This document shows positions 25,351-38,897 of a stretch of DNA of 64,000 nucleotides, piece after piece. This DNA comes from Octopus vulgaris (Eukaryota): assembly GCA_951406725.2 (NCBI GenBank), contig OX597823.1, positions 59,086,001 through 59,150,000 of the forward strand, written 5' to 3'. The number at the start of each line of letters is the position of its first letter. Position 1 is the stretch's first letter. The notes beneath the pieces are model-generated. The model ran no database searches, was not told where the DNA came from, and was given only the letters and a program-made list of their open reading frames with translations. A program made the translations under genes and the position numbers.

Positions 25351-26934
25351 ATGTAGGTATATCACACATACATATACATGCATACATACATATATGAGTA
25401 TTAGATACCCACATATACGCGTCGAAGACATATCGTTGACTTATTTCCTAATATTGTTCCAGTGTAATAGTAGTTGTGATTCGCTGTGCACTATTGACGG
25501 TTGGTTCTTGATGTCGAATATTCTATGAGCTTGGCCACTTTCAAACCTCGAAGTTCCATTAACCAACGTAGTCTTATTAATAATACTAAAAATCCTGATA
25601 CCCAATTTAACGGCGGTATGTACCCTTTGGATGCCTCCAGTAGAATCCACTGAGTTTGAAGCACTTGAGACAAATGTCTGACCAGGCTTGATGATAAATT
25701 CTTTCAACCGATCCGTGATTTCCGAAAAGAAGTCATTGGAGTTGCTTTTCGTCTTCACACGAAAACCAGCCAAGACGACCTACGGCCTGCGCGACTTTCT
25801 GAATTGCCCGCCAATTTCACGCGGAAAAACAGTGTTTATCAAAATTGCAGTGCGTCCCATCTAGTAATCATCCATGTCTAACACAGCCCATTTCTTGGAA
25901 AAGGTGTCTCATACTTATACTAAACCACTAAAACAAATCCCACACATAGGAATACTCTGTCTCCCTCACTCTCTTTCTCTTTCTGTCTCTCTCTGTCTCT
26001 CCCACTCTTTCTTTCTTCCTATCTCATGCACTCACAAGCAGTCTTTAATGATCGATTTGGCCAATAAGATGGTGCATATAATCAAGAAACTATCCTTAGA
26101 ACGAACAGAAAATATATCGATATTTAGAAAGGTTTACAGTATTGAACTATATACGAAAAACTGATAATATTACCATTCTAAATTAACTAATGAATATACT
26201 ACATTCATACAACTTATATCTAATATGATTATGTATTTAATATTGTATGTTTAATATTCACCATTGATATGGCTTTATTTACAGCAAATTCTAGACTTTG
26301 GTGGGTTTTAACGTTTTTATTTGATACTATTGTATTTCTAACCTTTCATAATTAATGCAATCATCTTTTACTGCGTTTTCAATCGACACGGCATAGTTTC
26401 AAAGGCTTGCCGTTCATTGTCTTTTCAGCGTTCTCAATCAATGTGACTGTGTATTTCAATTCAAATGTCTTTTTATGTCTAACTACTACAACTCCTACCC
26501 ACTAACCCTAGAATCATCATCAGCACCACCGCTGCCACCACCACCACCACCACTACCGTCACCACAATAACAATAACAAATACCATTCAATAGGTCTTGG
26601 TTCAAACAATTCATTTATATATAAGTGTATAAGTATGTGTAAGTATGCATGTGTGTATGTGTGTGTAATATATATATGTATATGTAATATATATATATAT
26701 GTAATATGTATATGTATGTATATGTGTATATGTAATATGTATATGTATGTATATGTGTATATGTAATATGTATATGTATGTATATATGTATGTTATATGT
26801 ATATGTATATGTAATATGTATATGTATATATGTGTGTGTGTGTTTCTGCGTGTGTATGTATGTGTATGTATATATATGTATGTATGTATATATATATGCA
26901 TATATATATGTATACATTTATGTGCATATGTATG

Positions 26935-26995
<61 letters not shown>

Positions 26996-27247
26996 GCATG
27001 TATGTATGTTTCATTAAAGTTTCTTAGTCATTGCCTCCTATTCTTGTCATCGACATCACCATCGGTAATCAGCGACAGCAGCAGCAGCAGCAGTGGTTAC
27101 AGCAACGGCTCCGCCATCACCACCACCATCATCAATATAATTATCATTATTGATATTGTAATTAATGCGGTGGAATAGTAGAAACATAGAGTGCCGGATA
27201 AATGAGACAATTCATTAACAACGTTAATATTACTATGATTATTGATT

Positions 27248-27258
27248 CATCATCATCA

Positions 27259-27290
<32 letters not shown>

Positions 27291-27495
27291 ATCATCATCA
27301 TCACCATCACCATCATCGCGATCATCACTACCACCTTAGCTGTGACTACTACTGCTGCCGAACCGTCACTACCGCAACCATCGTCGTCATCGTCGTCGTC
27401 GCTATCATGATGATTATCATCATCATGGTCGTCATCATCATCAGCACCACCGTACACCACCCCGTACACCACCACCATCACCATCATCATCATCA
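27248..27495. repeat. Compound trinucleotide repeat (CAT/CGT/CAC)
   Basis: Seen directly; it explains the His/Asp/Met-rich ORFs here. Confidence 0.9.
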
Positions 27496-27644
27496 TTATA
27501 TACTGTTCGCTATAGAGCAAGGGGTATGCTTGCTGGTATATCAAATTTTGATCTGATTTTCGTAATCAGTATTATTTTGTTTCGTTTTGTTTATGCTGCT
27601 TGTGTCATTAGGAGGATAAATAATAGTAATAATGGTTTCATATT

Positions 27645-28040
27645 TTGGCACAAGGCCAGCAATTTCTTTGTTGGGGGTGGGGATAAATCGCTTGCATCGA
27701 CCTCAGTTCTTAATTGGTACTTATTTTATCGATCCCGAAAGGATGAAAAAGCAAAGCCGACCTCGGCCGAATTTGAACTCGGAAGATAAAGAAGGACGAA
27801 ATGATTCTAAGCATTTTGCCCCGTGTGCTTATGATTCTGCCCCCTCATCGCCTTAATAATGACTCTAGATTAAGACCAGCAAGTCCGGGGAAAGAGGTAG
27901 TTGATTACTATTTATGGACTCCGAAAAGATAAAAGCAAATGTCGACCTCGGTGGAATTTGAACTCAGAACGCGAAGTCAGAAAAAATGCCGGTAAGCATT
28001 ACCCCACCCCCGAAGTGCTAATGATTCTGCCAGCTCACCA
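27645..28040 (-). mobile_element. Two SINE family B copies
   Basis: ggcacaaggcc...ggtacttattttatcgatcccgaaaggatgaaa...gacctcggccgaatttgaactc; second copy at ~27870-28040. Confidence 0.82.
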
Positions 28041-28679
28041 TGTTAAGTGTAGTTGTGATAAGAACATGAATGTTGCCTGTGTCACTTTCGAGGAGAATAT
28101 CAAAAGTAGGTAGATCTAAGCAATAAACCTTAGATTCTTCAAACTCCCACCACACTTAGGTATGTATATGCAATTTTTTTTTCAACAAAATATCGATATC
28201 TTTACCAGTAACTCTCTCAATATTTATCTTATCGATATCGGAAGGATAAAAATGAAAACTGAGCTCAGCGGGATTTGAACTTAGAACGTTATAAACCAGA
28301 ATGATTATGGTTTTTGATTTAGGCCCTAAGCCAGCAATTGTCAGTGAAGTGCGTAAGTTTAAACCATTGACAGCAACATTTAAAGTAAATGTTAGCCAAG
28401 AGACGTTATTTCTTATCTTGTCGATGATGCGTATGCTTCACGCAACATGCTTGCAAAAAATGGGTCATTATAAACCTGGTATCAATAGAACTAATCGGTC
28501 GAAAGCTTTTGATTAAGACCAGTTTCATTACTTGGTGACTATCTTGAAGCCGGTCCGGTTCGTTTCGAGCAGTCTGCGGAAGCTGGATCGCTGCAATGTA
28601 CATTTGCTCGGTGGTCAAAGTAAATTGCCTCTCGTAAGAACGGTTCGGTCTATAAATGGTGTCCACTCTCTCCCCTCTG

Positions 28680-29482
28680 TACATATAGATGGTGAGATGT
28701 TAGAGGAGGCGAGTCTTTTTAAGTATGTGGGTTGGCTGAGGAAGTAGGATACAGAGTGAGGAAGGGAAGTACGATACTTGGAGTTGTGAAAGGTATGCTG
28801 AGAGATAAACGGTTCAGTATGAAAGAGACAAGAGGTGTGTTTGAGGGTGTGATTGTGCCGACAATATTATATGGTGCAGAAATTTTGGGTCTGAGAGAGG
28901 CGGAAAGAAGGCGACTAGATGTGTTTGAGATGAGATGTCTGAGGGCTATGGTTGGTGTGACACGGATGGACAGCATGAGGAATGAGGAGGTGCGAAGGCG
29001 AGCAGGAATGAAAGAAAAACTAACAACCAAAATGGACAGACAAATGTTGAGGTGGTTTGGCACTATGGAGAGGATGGATGAGGAACGGATCGTAAAAAGG
29101 AGATAAAGGTAGAAGTAGTAGGCAACGGAACCAGACTCAGACCGCGGTTTGTGTGGGTGGAGTGAGGAAAGCTTTGATTGTTAGAGTTGTTGGAGTGAGA
29201 GAGGCAAGAGAGTCTATAAATGATAGGAAAGCTTGGAGAGTGTTTGTGGACGGATGAGTGACCTTGATGTTGCTCAAAAGGGTACGAAACCAGCATGATG
29301 CGGCGGTGGTAAATCAGCATATGCTGTCGGGCTCCGCTGCTGATATTGTGGGTTTGCGTTCAATGCCTTGACCCGAGCATAGAACGGAGTTCGCCCCTTT
29401 GAGTTGGGAAATGAATGGAATGCCTGCTGGCGTGTCTTGTTATGGCCACCCCCTCAGAAATATATCGGGAATAGGCCTGGGT
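28680..29482 (+). mobile_element. RTE-clade LINE 3' portion (post-RT domain plus 3' UTR), 5'-truncated
   Basis: ORF 28732-29106 'VIVPTILYGAEILGL...RRLDVFEMRCLRAMVGVTRMDSMRNEEVRRR...MLRWFGTMERMDEERIVKR', with upstream 'LEEASLFKYVG'. Confidence 0.9.
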
Positions 29483-29504
29483 ATATATATATATATATAT
29501 ATAA

Positions 29505-30005
29505 TGGCACGTCGGGCGAAATGCTTAGCAGTCTTACGTCTGCAACTACGTTCTGAGTTCAAATTCCGCCCATGTCGACTATGCCTTTCATCCTTTCGGG
29601 GTCAATTAAATAAGTACCAGTTACGCACTGGGGTCGATATAATCGACTTAATCTGTTTGTCTGTCCTTGTTTGTCCTCTCTGTGTTTAGCCCCTTGTGGG
29701 TAGTAAAGAAGTAGGTATTTCGTCAGCCGATACGTTCTGAGTTCAAATTCCGCCGAGGTTATCTTTTATCCTTTCGGGATCGATTAAATAGTATCATTTA
29801 CGCACTGGGGTCGATGCAATCTCCCCACAAATTTCAGGCCTTGTGCCTATAATGGAAAGGATTATTATTACCTTTATAACGGATTTTTCCAGCTCTATAT
29901 TTTCTGAGTTCAAATCCTGCTGAGGTCGACTTTCCTGTACCAGATGATCCCTTGGATCGATGTAATCAATATATCCATTCCCCTAGGCTACAGGCCTTGT
30001 TTATA
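29505..30005 (+). mobile_element. SINE family B tandem cluster (three partial units)
   Basis: tctgagttcaaat(t/c)c occurs at ~29551, ~29736 and ~29903; same 3' variant (ctgtccttgtttgtcc...tagcccc) as 9966 and 12977. Confidence 0.85.
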
Positions 30006-30544
30006 TGGGCAACAAATATCATTATTGATATTACTAACAGTAGCAGAAACACCAACAGCACCAGCATGGCAACAGTAATATCACCTATGATTGCCTACAT
30101 CACCACGACCACAACCAACACCATCACTTTGATTGTCACCATCATAACATTACTTTATCGTCAATTGTTCCCAAGCAAATGAATGCGCTGCGTGCGATAT
30201 CTTATTTAGAAAAAACCACGTTTAACCTTTCCCCTGTCTGATTGTACGTGCCTAGATCTTCTTGTTTCTTATCGCATCTCTACTCCCGCTTAATACATCG
30301 CAGTGGAGGTAATAGATGTAAGGACGACGTAATATAACTTTAGATTCGATAATTACTGAAGGTTGCTCTCTACACGAAGAGACTCGATTGTCTGCTTGTA
30401 ATTTTACAGATTAAATACGTATTAGAGAAATCAAGAAAATTTCTTTGGATGTGATTATAACTATTATTTTTTTTTTCATAGTTCTGATGGCATTCTGTCT
30501 TGTCATTTACAGACATCATATTTTACATATGTATAATCAGATTA

Positions 30545-30598
<54 letters not shown>

Positions 30599-30771
30599 CA
30601 AACATAAATTATGTTTACATATATATAAATATAAATAATAGGCATGCATATAAAAATTAGAAATGTATTTTGTATGTTTGTACGTGTATGTATACGCACA
30701 AACATCGATATACATTAATATACATATATACATACACACACATACCTATATACACTTTTATAAATAAATAA

Positions 30772-30823
<52 letters not shown>

Positions 30824-32103
30824 TACAGTACGTTATGCTGATTTTTATCTTACTCTAAATGTTCTCACCAATCAATCAAATAATCAGTGTTACATAGAAT
30901 AAAGACTGACACTACCAAAACCGTTTTTACTGGCAGCAAATCTCATCCTAATCAAGCGAGATAATTGTTTTACTTCTTTCTTACATTTATTTATGATGTG
31001 TTTTTTCTCCTCGTTTATTTAGATTTTTCTTTGATTTTTTGTTGTTCTTTTTTTCTGTGTGTGTATGGTTTTTGCATTAACCATTTCCGTTCCCTGATTT
31101 GCTACGCATTGTCATTAATGTTAAACTTCAGCAAAAATTAATGACGTTGCCGACAAAGTGCTCTTGCAACTCCTTCTACTGCAATACGTTATTATTTTTG
31201 TTGGAGGTATTGATTGCATGTTACCAATATAACAGAGATTTCTTCATCTTTGCTAACGCTACACTAAATATATTATTTCTTATTCTATTGATGGAGTTCC
31301 AAAGGGACACACACACACATATGTATATGTATGTACGTATGCAATGCGTATGTGTTTGTATATACATGCATACATGTACTTCTTTGTGTGTGCGTGTGTA
31401 TGGATAAATGCTGAAAGTCTACAATGTTAACTAGAGTGCTCCAAGATTACTATTTCTTGTCCATCTGATGGCTCTTTCAATTTGCTAAGTACAAATCCCT
31501 ATTACACAAATGTGATGCCATATTTAGTTCCAGTTCCTTCTGTCAGTTTATTTATCTATTCACTTAGTTGAATATATTTCTTTGTTTCGAAAAAGTGTTT
31601 CATGGTTATTATTTTAGGCAAATAAGTCCAGTCGGGGGACCTAGAAATATCTACGATATTTATTTTTGTACGCATATGTACACATGCATACATATATGCA
31701 CGCATTTTCACACACAAACACACGAACACGCTCGCGTGCATAAACACACGCACACACGTACTAATACAGACACACACACTCACACACGTACACACTTGCA
31801 CAAACACTAATTCTCGCAGACTTAGGGAAACACATAAACTCTTTTCTTAGCGTCAGCCATTACACTTAGGCCATATTGTGGTAAACTATACAAAGATTTA
31901 GCCGATGGATCCACCCAATTATTTCATTGTTTCTTATTATATTGATTTCTGTTAGTCGCAGCACGTAGAAGTCATAAACGGAAGCAGATTTCATTACAGC
32001 AGTTTATTGGGCTATATTTTTTGTTTTGACTTTTCAGTTGGGGTCACCTTTTCATTGGACCCTGGTTCATCTAACTGCATTTTGTGAGAGTACACTCTGG
32101 CAT

Positions 32104-32188
32104 TCTTCTTCTTCTTCTTCTTCTTCTTCTTCTTCTTCTTCTTCTTCTTCTTCTTCTTCTTCTTCTTCTTCTTCTTCTTCTTCTTCTT
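32104..32188. repeat. (TTC)n microsatellite
   Basis: Seen directly. Confidence 0.95.
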
Positions 32189-32248
32189 TCCTTAGATATT
32201 GTCCTTTATATCTTGGGCCCTTGTGACTAATAAAAGAAACCATCATCG

Positions 32249-32291
<43 letters not shown>

Positions 32292-32296
32292 CATTA

Positions 32297-32812
32297 TATG
32301 TTTGACTTTTGCTTTGTATTTGTGCAAGTTAACTCCAAGTCTCACCCACAGACCTCAAGAGACAAGTTAGAAGTTGAAGTTGGTGTTATAACTAGGGTGC
32401 CATATATTTGGTTTTGCACAAAATAATTGTCCTAAAGAATGTTTAAGAAAATCATAAGTTTGTTTCAAAATTTGAGATTATGGTGAGTGTATTTTACATA
32501 GGATATCGGTAAATCCATGGAGCACTGTTTTTGAATTTCTGCCATATTTGGATTTCCTGGTATCTGAGCTTTGTACGAATCAACCCCCTTTGCTATAATT
32601 CCTATCGCACCTATAACAACAGGTATTGTTTTAGTCTTGAGGTTTCACATTTTTCCAATTTCTATTTCAAGATTTTTATGCTTGTTCAGTTTTCAGTAGG
32701 CCTTGACAGATACATTTATGTCGATTGGGACAGTCATATCGATGAAGAGCCATGATTTCTGTTTGAAATCCTTCAATAGAATGCGTGGCCTATTCGCATC
32801 TATCTTTCTGAT
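32297..32812 (-). mobile_element. R4/Dong-like LINE 3' end (RLE domain plus 3' UTR) between TAA tracts
   Basis: Minus strand: 'IDANRPRILLKD....WLFIDMTVPID.NVS.K...KL.K.KNLEIEI..M.NLKTKTIPVVIGAIG...EIQKTVL'. Confidence 0.85.
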
Positions 32813-32813
32813 A

Positions 32814-32872
<59 letters not shown>

Positions 32873-33426
32873 GAGTGAGAGAGCAGTTCATGCCATCAAA
32901 GTGACACTGGGGTAAAATATACGAAGCCCAATATACCCATCATGACTACCCGTCTGATAAGGGTACCCCAGGCACATGCATCATAACAATATGTGCGTGA
33001 CATGGTGAGCTCATATCAAGATTAACAGCGCATGACCTTGCAGGTGGGGCCCAGTTAGAATTTTCTTCTTCTCGAGTAACACATACCGCTCAAAATGTCC
33101 CTGAAGAAGGGTTGTTTAAGGATGTTGAATGAAACATCCATGTTTCCAGAGGTGAATTATTGAAGCCCTAAAGAATCCCTCTCAACACATGTCTATGATG
33201 CTCCCCCACTAGTTCTGCTCGTGATCAGAGATGCATATATCGTCAGCCAGTAAGGGACATGCTCAACTGGTTAAGGCCAAACAACTGACTCGCAAATCTG
33301 TGGTATTGAGCAGAACATTTGCTGTAGCCCATCTTTTATACTAAGAGAAAACAATTTACATGACAATATTTCCAATCACTTAAGATCAGAAGCCACGAGC
33401 CACTGCCTGGTACTGCATCAGGGCAT
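32873..33426 (-). mobile_element. Unclassified ~550-bp non-coding interspersed repeat in TAA tracts (longest copy)
   Basis: Homologous pieces at 61203-61482, 62093-62208 and 62683-63139; no recognisable ORF. Strand is assigned as the one that reads into (TAA)n. Confidence 0.8.
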
Positions 33427-33484
33427 ATATTATTATTATAACTATTATTATTATTATTATTATTATTACTATTATTATTATTAA

Positions 33485-33612
33485 GGAGGTGAGCTAGAAG
33501 AATCGTTAGCACGCTGGACGAAATTAAGTACAAGTGAAGCCCTGAAGCCTATGTAATCGACTAGCCCCTCCCCCAAAAAAATTTTAGGCTTTGTTTCTAA
33601 AGTAGAAAGTAT
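33485..33612 (+). mobile_element. SINE family B, internally deleted
   Basis: Head ggaggtgagctagaagaatcgttagcacgc joined to tail gtaatcgactagcccctcccc...agtagaaag and (ATT)n. Confidence 0.75.
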
Positions 33613-34305
33613 TATTATTGTTGTTTTTGTTGTTGTTATTGCTTTCTTTGTTATTGTTGTTCTTGTCTTCTAAATGTCACCTGATAAAATGAGGCATTTA
33701 ATCGGTTCCATCGACCATCTGGAAAAGAAAAGAAATTAAATTTCAGCCGTATTTCAGCTCTGGTTGCTTTAACGAATCCGAAAACACATCGCGCTCGCCA
33801 AAGAAAACGAAAATATGACCAAACATACTATATGATATGTAAACAATATTAGTGTGTCATATAAGCCCAAGGACGCAGAATTTCGGGAAAAGTACACTGT
33901 TGTTTACTAAGCGGTTTACTGACTCCTGAACAATGAAAGGCATTGTTTACTTCAAGAGCTTCTTCAACGCAATGGTTCAAGAAATTTTAAACGATGATCA
34001 TGCTTATACACTCGTGAAATACAATTGCAAATCCTTTGAAACCGAAGCGAATAGCATTTATTACCACTTTGAAGTATTCGGCATTTCTTTGTAGAATTAA
34101 TCATTAATTAAGAAACAAGTTCTACCCAGAAATATACTCATTAGTGTATGGCATTTGGCGAAAATTAAAATGTCATCGCAGATGTTTGTGTGTTTATGGC
34201 GGAGAAATATCATTTAGATCCTTTAGAATGGATTCTGTTTTCTCACGAATTTCTTTATGATATGCATTATATCTATATACATACATACATACATACATAC
34301 ATACA

Positions 34306-34339
<34 letters not shown>

Positions 34340-34419
34340 ACGTGCATCTCTCTCACTTGATATATATATGTGTGTGTGTGTCTGTGTGTGCATGTGTGTC
34401 TGTGTGTATGTATATGCAC

Positions 34420-34457
<38 letters not shown>

Positions 34458-34715
34458 GAACATATATATATATGCATATATGTGAATATATATATATATA
34501 TATAGATATCATCAACTGAAAAATACAGTTGAACTAAAGACATTTTATCGGTAAACAACAATTAGTGACTACAAAAAGTGACGGTAAATACGTTGACAAG
34601 AACCGAACAACGCCTTTGAAGAGATGTTACATTAATCATCACGTGCGGTTCACTATTTTATAAAGGAAAAAAACAGCGTTATATACATATATTCATATAT
34701 ATATATATACATATA

Positions 34716-34761
<46 letters not shown>

Positions 34762-34887
34762 TGTGTGTGTGTGTGTGCGTGAATGTTCGAAATGTTTCCA
34801 TTAGTCAAATATCAGGCGTTCTGAGCTGACTAACTTGTTTAAAGCGAGAATTAATTTTTTCATGACAAACTGCAATGCAAAGGGTCT

Positions 34888-35018
34888 GTTTCCCAACCAC
34901 ATGGTTCCGAGTTTAGTGCCACTGCGTAGCAACTTGCGCAAGTGTCTTCCCCTGTAGCCTCAGTCTGACCAAATTCTTGTAAGTTGATTAGGTCGACGGA
35001 AACTGAAAGACGCCGGTC

Positions 35019-35087
<69 letters not shown>

Positions 35088-35482
35088 TACATATGTGTGT
35101 GAGCGTGTGTGTGTATAGGGAGCAGTATTATATTGACCCTCATTGTACCACGTCCAGAACTACTTACCTCCCGCACACAATTGTTTTTAGTCTGGGATCA
35201 GTAGACCCAACACCGTTTGATATTCGGTACGCATTCAAAGCCAGTGAACAGCAAAGACAATACCAGTTTGACTTTGAATCTCTTTAACAATTCAAAATAA
35301 TGAATTTATTTCCTCTCAATTCTACCTCAGTTCATCTAATTGTATTTATTTATCGCTACTTTTCATAAAAAAAAGCCTTTATGTTTTTTGATATTCAATA
35401 TGCATTTTCGGTTTTTTCTTCTTACTTTCCTTATATCTTTTCCACGTGTAGTTTCTATGTACTTTTTGAAACTTGTTTCTAT

Positions 35483-35546
<64 letters not shown>

Positions 35547-35735
35547 CATGAATGTGTGTCTGTGTTTGTCCCCCACCATCGCTTGACAACCGATGCCAGT
35601 GTATTTACGTCCCCGTAACTTAGCGGTTCGGCAAAAGAAATGATAGAATAAGTACTTACAAAAAATAAGACCTGGGTCTACTTGTTCGACTAAAGGCGGT
35701 GCTCTAGTATGGCCGCAGTCAAATGACTGAAACAT
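34888..35735 (+). mobile_element. SINE family A split in two (34888-35020 and ~35550-35735) by sequence inserted in its central microsatellite
   Basis: The 5' half ends gaaactgaaagacgccggtcg(TA)n; the 3' half resumes (TG)n tgtttgtcccccaccatcgcttgacaaccgatg. Confidence 0.75.
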
Positions 35736-36134
35736 GTAACAGAGCTACATGTTACGTGTATACGCACACGCTTGCACACGCACACATCCACACGTCAAAA
35801 TCACTAGCTCCTATCCACACGCACAGACACCCTCTCACATATACACACACACGCTCACGTTCGTTTTGAGATCACTATTATCTCCCCTTCTTCCTAGCTC
35901 TCTTGTCCAACTACCTTTTTCCAGCCAGTCGTCATGACTGACCACTAAATCCACAAGTTTTTTTTAAATTCGCTCTCTCTGTATATTTCCTCGTCTTCCT
36001 TTCTGTTGAAGGCTCGAAACGTAAAAGACTTTCCTTCCCGGACGTCAAACTAATACACCTGCTTGTTGTTTATACACCTTTCTTCGTCTTTTGTTTTTCT
36101 GTAAATTTCAACTATACATATATATATATACATA

Positions 36135-36741
36135 CGAGATAATTTAGGCCATGGGCTAGTGGGGGGAGCGGTCATAGTGCACTACCCTTGTGATTTAATT
36201 TAAAGGGTATTTTCATGTAGCCCTGGGTCTTACAAGCCAGAAAATTGATGTTGCCAGCAAAAAAACTGGGATAGAAAATACCACACCCAATTTTACAGCT
36301 GGAGGCAGAAAATTAGCGGCATGGAAAATTCAAAAAGCTTTAAGTTAGCAACTCTTCACCAAAATATTTCAAATGACCACTTGAAATGATTGCCTGGTCA
36401 AGATCTACAAGTTCATGCAACTGATAAGCAAATTCATTCTGTAAAAAGGTCACGAACTCTGACCTTTACCTATAATATCTCGCATTCACAAGTTTTATTT
36501 ATCAACATGATCATATAACGTTTTTCATGTAGCCCTGGATCTAACAAGTCAGAAAACATTCATTGCCAGCAAAAAGAAAATAATAATAATAATCTGGGAT
36601 GGAAGATACCACGCCCACTTTTACAGGCGGAAGCAGAAAATTAGGGTATGGAGAATTCAAACACTTTGCCAATTTTCACCAAAAGTAAAACACAAGGGTA
36701 GTGTACCACGACACCCACTAGCCCATAGCCTAATTACCTAG
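36135..36741. mobile_element. Non-autonomous DNA transposon (~600 bp) with ~55-60-bp imperfect TIRs and two internal ~150-bp direct repeats
   Basis: Left taatttaggccatgggctagtggg...cactacccttgtg versus right cacaagggtagtg...cccactagcccatagcctaatta; direct repeats start ttttcatgtagccctgg at ~36210 and ~36522. Confidence 0.85.
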
Positions 36742-36912
36742 CATAAAGAAATAAGTCCTGAGGTCAATTTGTTCACCTAAATCTATCAAAGCAGCACACC
36801 AGCACGGCCAAAGTTCAATGGCAGAAAAAAAGAAAAGGTGTAAACAAAATATATATCATACATGTACAGAACCCGCACCACATGTGAGTGTGCTTACATG
36901 TGTACTTGTGTT

Positions 36913-36974
<62 letters not shown>

Positions 36975-37123
36975 TGTGTGTGTGTCTGTGTCTGTGTGTG
37001 TTTCTATATTCTGTTTTATTTCCTTTATATCTTCATATTTGAAATTTCGTGTTCTAAGACAATCTATCTCAGAAATTGATTTTGTAAAAGTTCATTGTAA
37101 TCGATCGGTAGTTAGAGAATACA

Positions 37124-37213
37124 GCGACACTTTCCGTCCTCGTGTGTGCTCCAGGACCGTTAAGTCCGTGGACTAAGCGTAACAGGAGAACACACGATAG
37201 GGGAAAGTGTCGC
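37124..37213. other. GC-rich imperfect 90-nt hairpin
   Basis: GCGACACTTTCC...TCGTGTGT.CTCC pairs with GGAG.ACACACGA...GGAAAGTGTCGC; apical stem AGTCC-GT-GGACT. Confidence 0.8.
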
Positions 37214-37369
37214 AGAAGAGGACGCAGGAGAAAGAAAATAATTTAACATATTACAATGAGTATGCCCATACAGACACATATATTCATGCGCAGGCGCACA
37301 CACACAAACATATTCACCAACACACACACAGATACACAGACACACATACATATAAAGAAAAACGATTTG

Positions 37370-37443
<74 letters not shown>

Positions 37444-37469
37444 GTATATATATATATATATATATATAC

Positions 37470-37601
<132 letters not shown>

Positions 37602-38171
37602 CGCTGACACATACACATATGTGTGCTTATGTAACTATATGAAGGAGTGGCCACATAAGCTGTTATATTTTGTTAGTGAAAATCATTTTCACTCACAGTT
37701 TCCTTCCTCAAACCCATTCTCCTTTTCTCAGAACTCCTCTTCCCTAAATTTCTCCTTCACTTCCACGCCTACATCTCCCCTCTCTTTTTCTCTCTTTCAC
37801 TGGCACTACTCCCCCCTTTCTCACTATATATTTGTGTGACATACATATATACACACATACATCTATCATATATTATATATATATACATATATATATATAC
37901 ATACAGAGAGATAGAGAGAGAGATGTATGCATGTATGTATGTAAGTTTTTTTCTGGAGCAGTCTTGTCTAATTAAAGCGTTTTTGTAATTAACTGACAAG
38001 TATTTTCAATCACCAAACTACCTTAAGTAGTTTTGTGTTAACACTAATTTACATTTTCATTAAATTCTAATAAATATCTTTGTGGCCACTTAGTCACAGA
38101 AAGTAGAGATATGTGCACGGATACACATATACAAATAATCAGGCACATAGACACACACACACACACACCCA

Positions 38172-38220
<49 letters not shown>

Positions 38221-38265
38221 ATATAGATGTCTTTACATACACATATAAAACGTGACGTGTGCATA

Positions 38266-38303
<38 letters not shown>

Positions 38304-38897
38304 GGTATGTATGTATATATGCGTGCATATATATATATTTATATAGAGAAACATATAACTTTACATATACGCATATACATATATATACATGTGTATGTGT
38401 GTACAGGTGTACACATCTATACATATGTATATGATTAAAAAAAATCTAACAAAAATGCTTTCATTTTTTTCCCCCCAGAGATATTAATTCTGGATTAATT
38501 ATTAAGTCTGATCTCAGTTTGGATGGAGAAAAATTTCAAAAGAAATATTGGAATGGAATTTTATTGCCAATATCAACAAATATATTTGTAATATATAGCG
38601 AGAAGAAACGCACATAGATGTATACATGCGCGCATACACACATACATACATATATACATACACACATACATACAAAGATACTTTCAGAGATGTATATATA
38701 TATATATATATATTCACATACGTATATATTTATATTTACGTAAAAGTATAGACACATGTACTCACATAGATATGCAGTTAAATACATTCGTGTATAATTG
38801 CGTAAGGATATGTCTGTGTGCTTATATACATATATATATATATATATATATGATGATGATAAAACTCAGAGCGAGTTATAAACAGTAGCGGCAACAC

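Noticed and set aside
27239-27556. His/Asp-rich protein ORFs
   Set aside because: A compound trinucleotide repeat that is open on both strands, with no splice or domain support.
33370-33426. U2 snRNA-like words (taagatcag, tgcagtacc) at the end of the 550-bp element
   Set aside because: Only short matches, on opposite strands, with no Sm site or branch-point pairing region.
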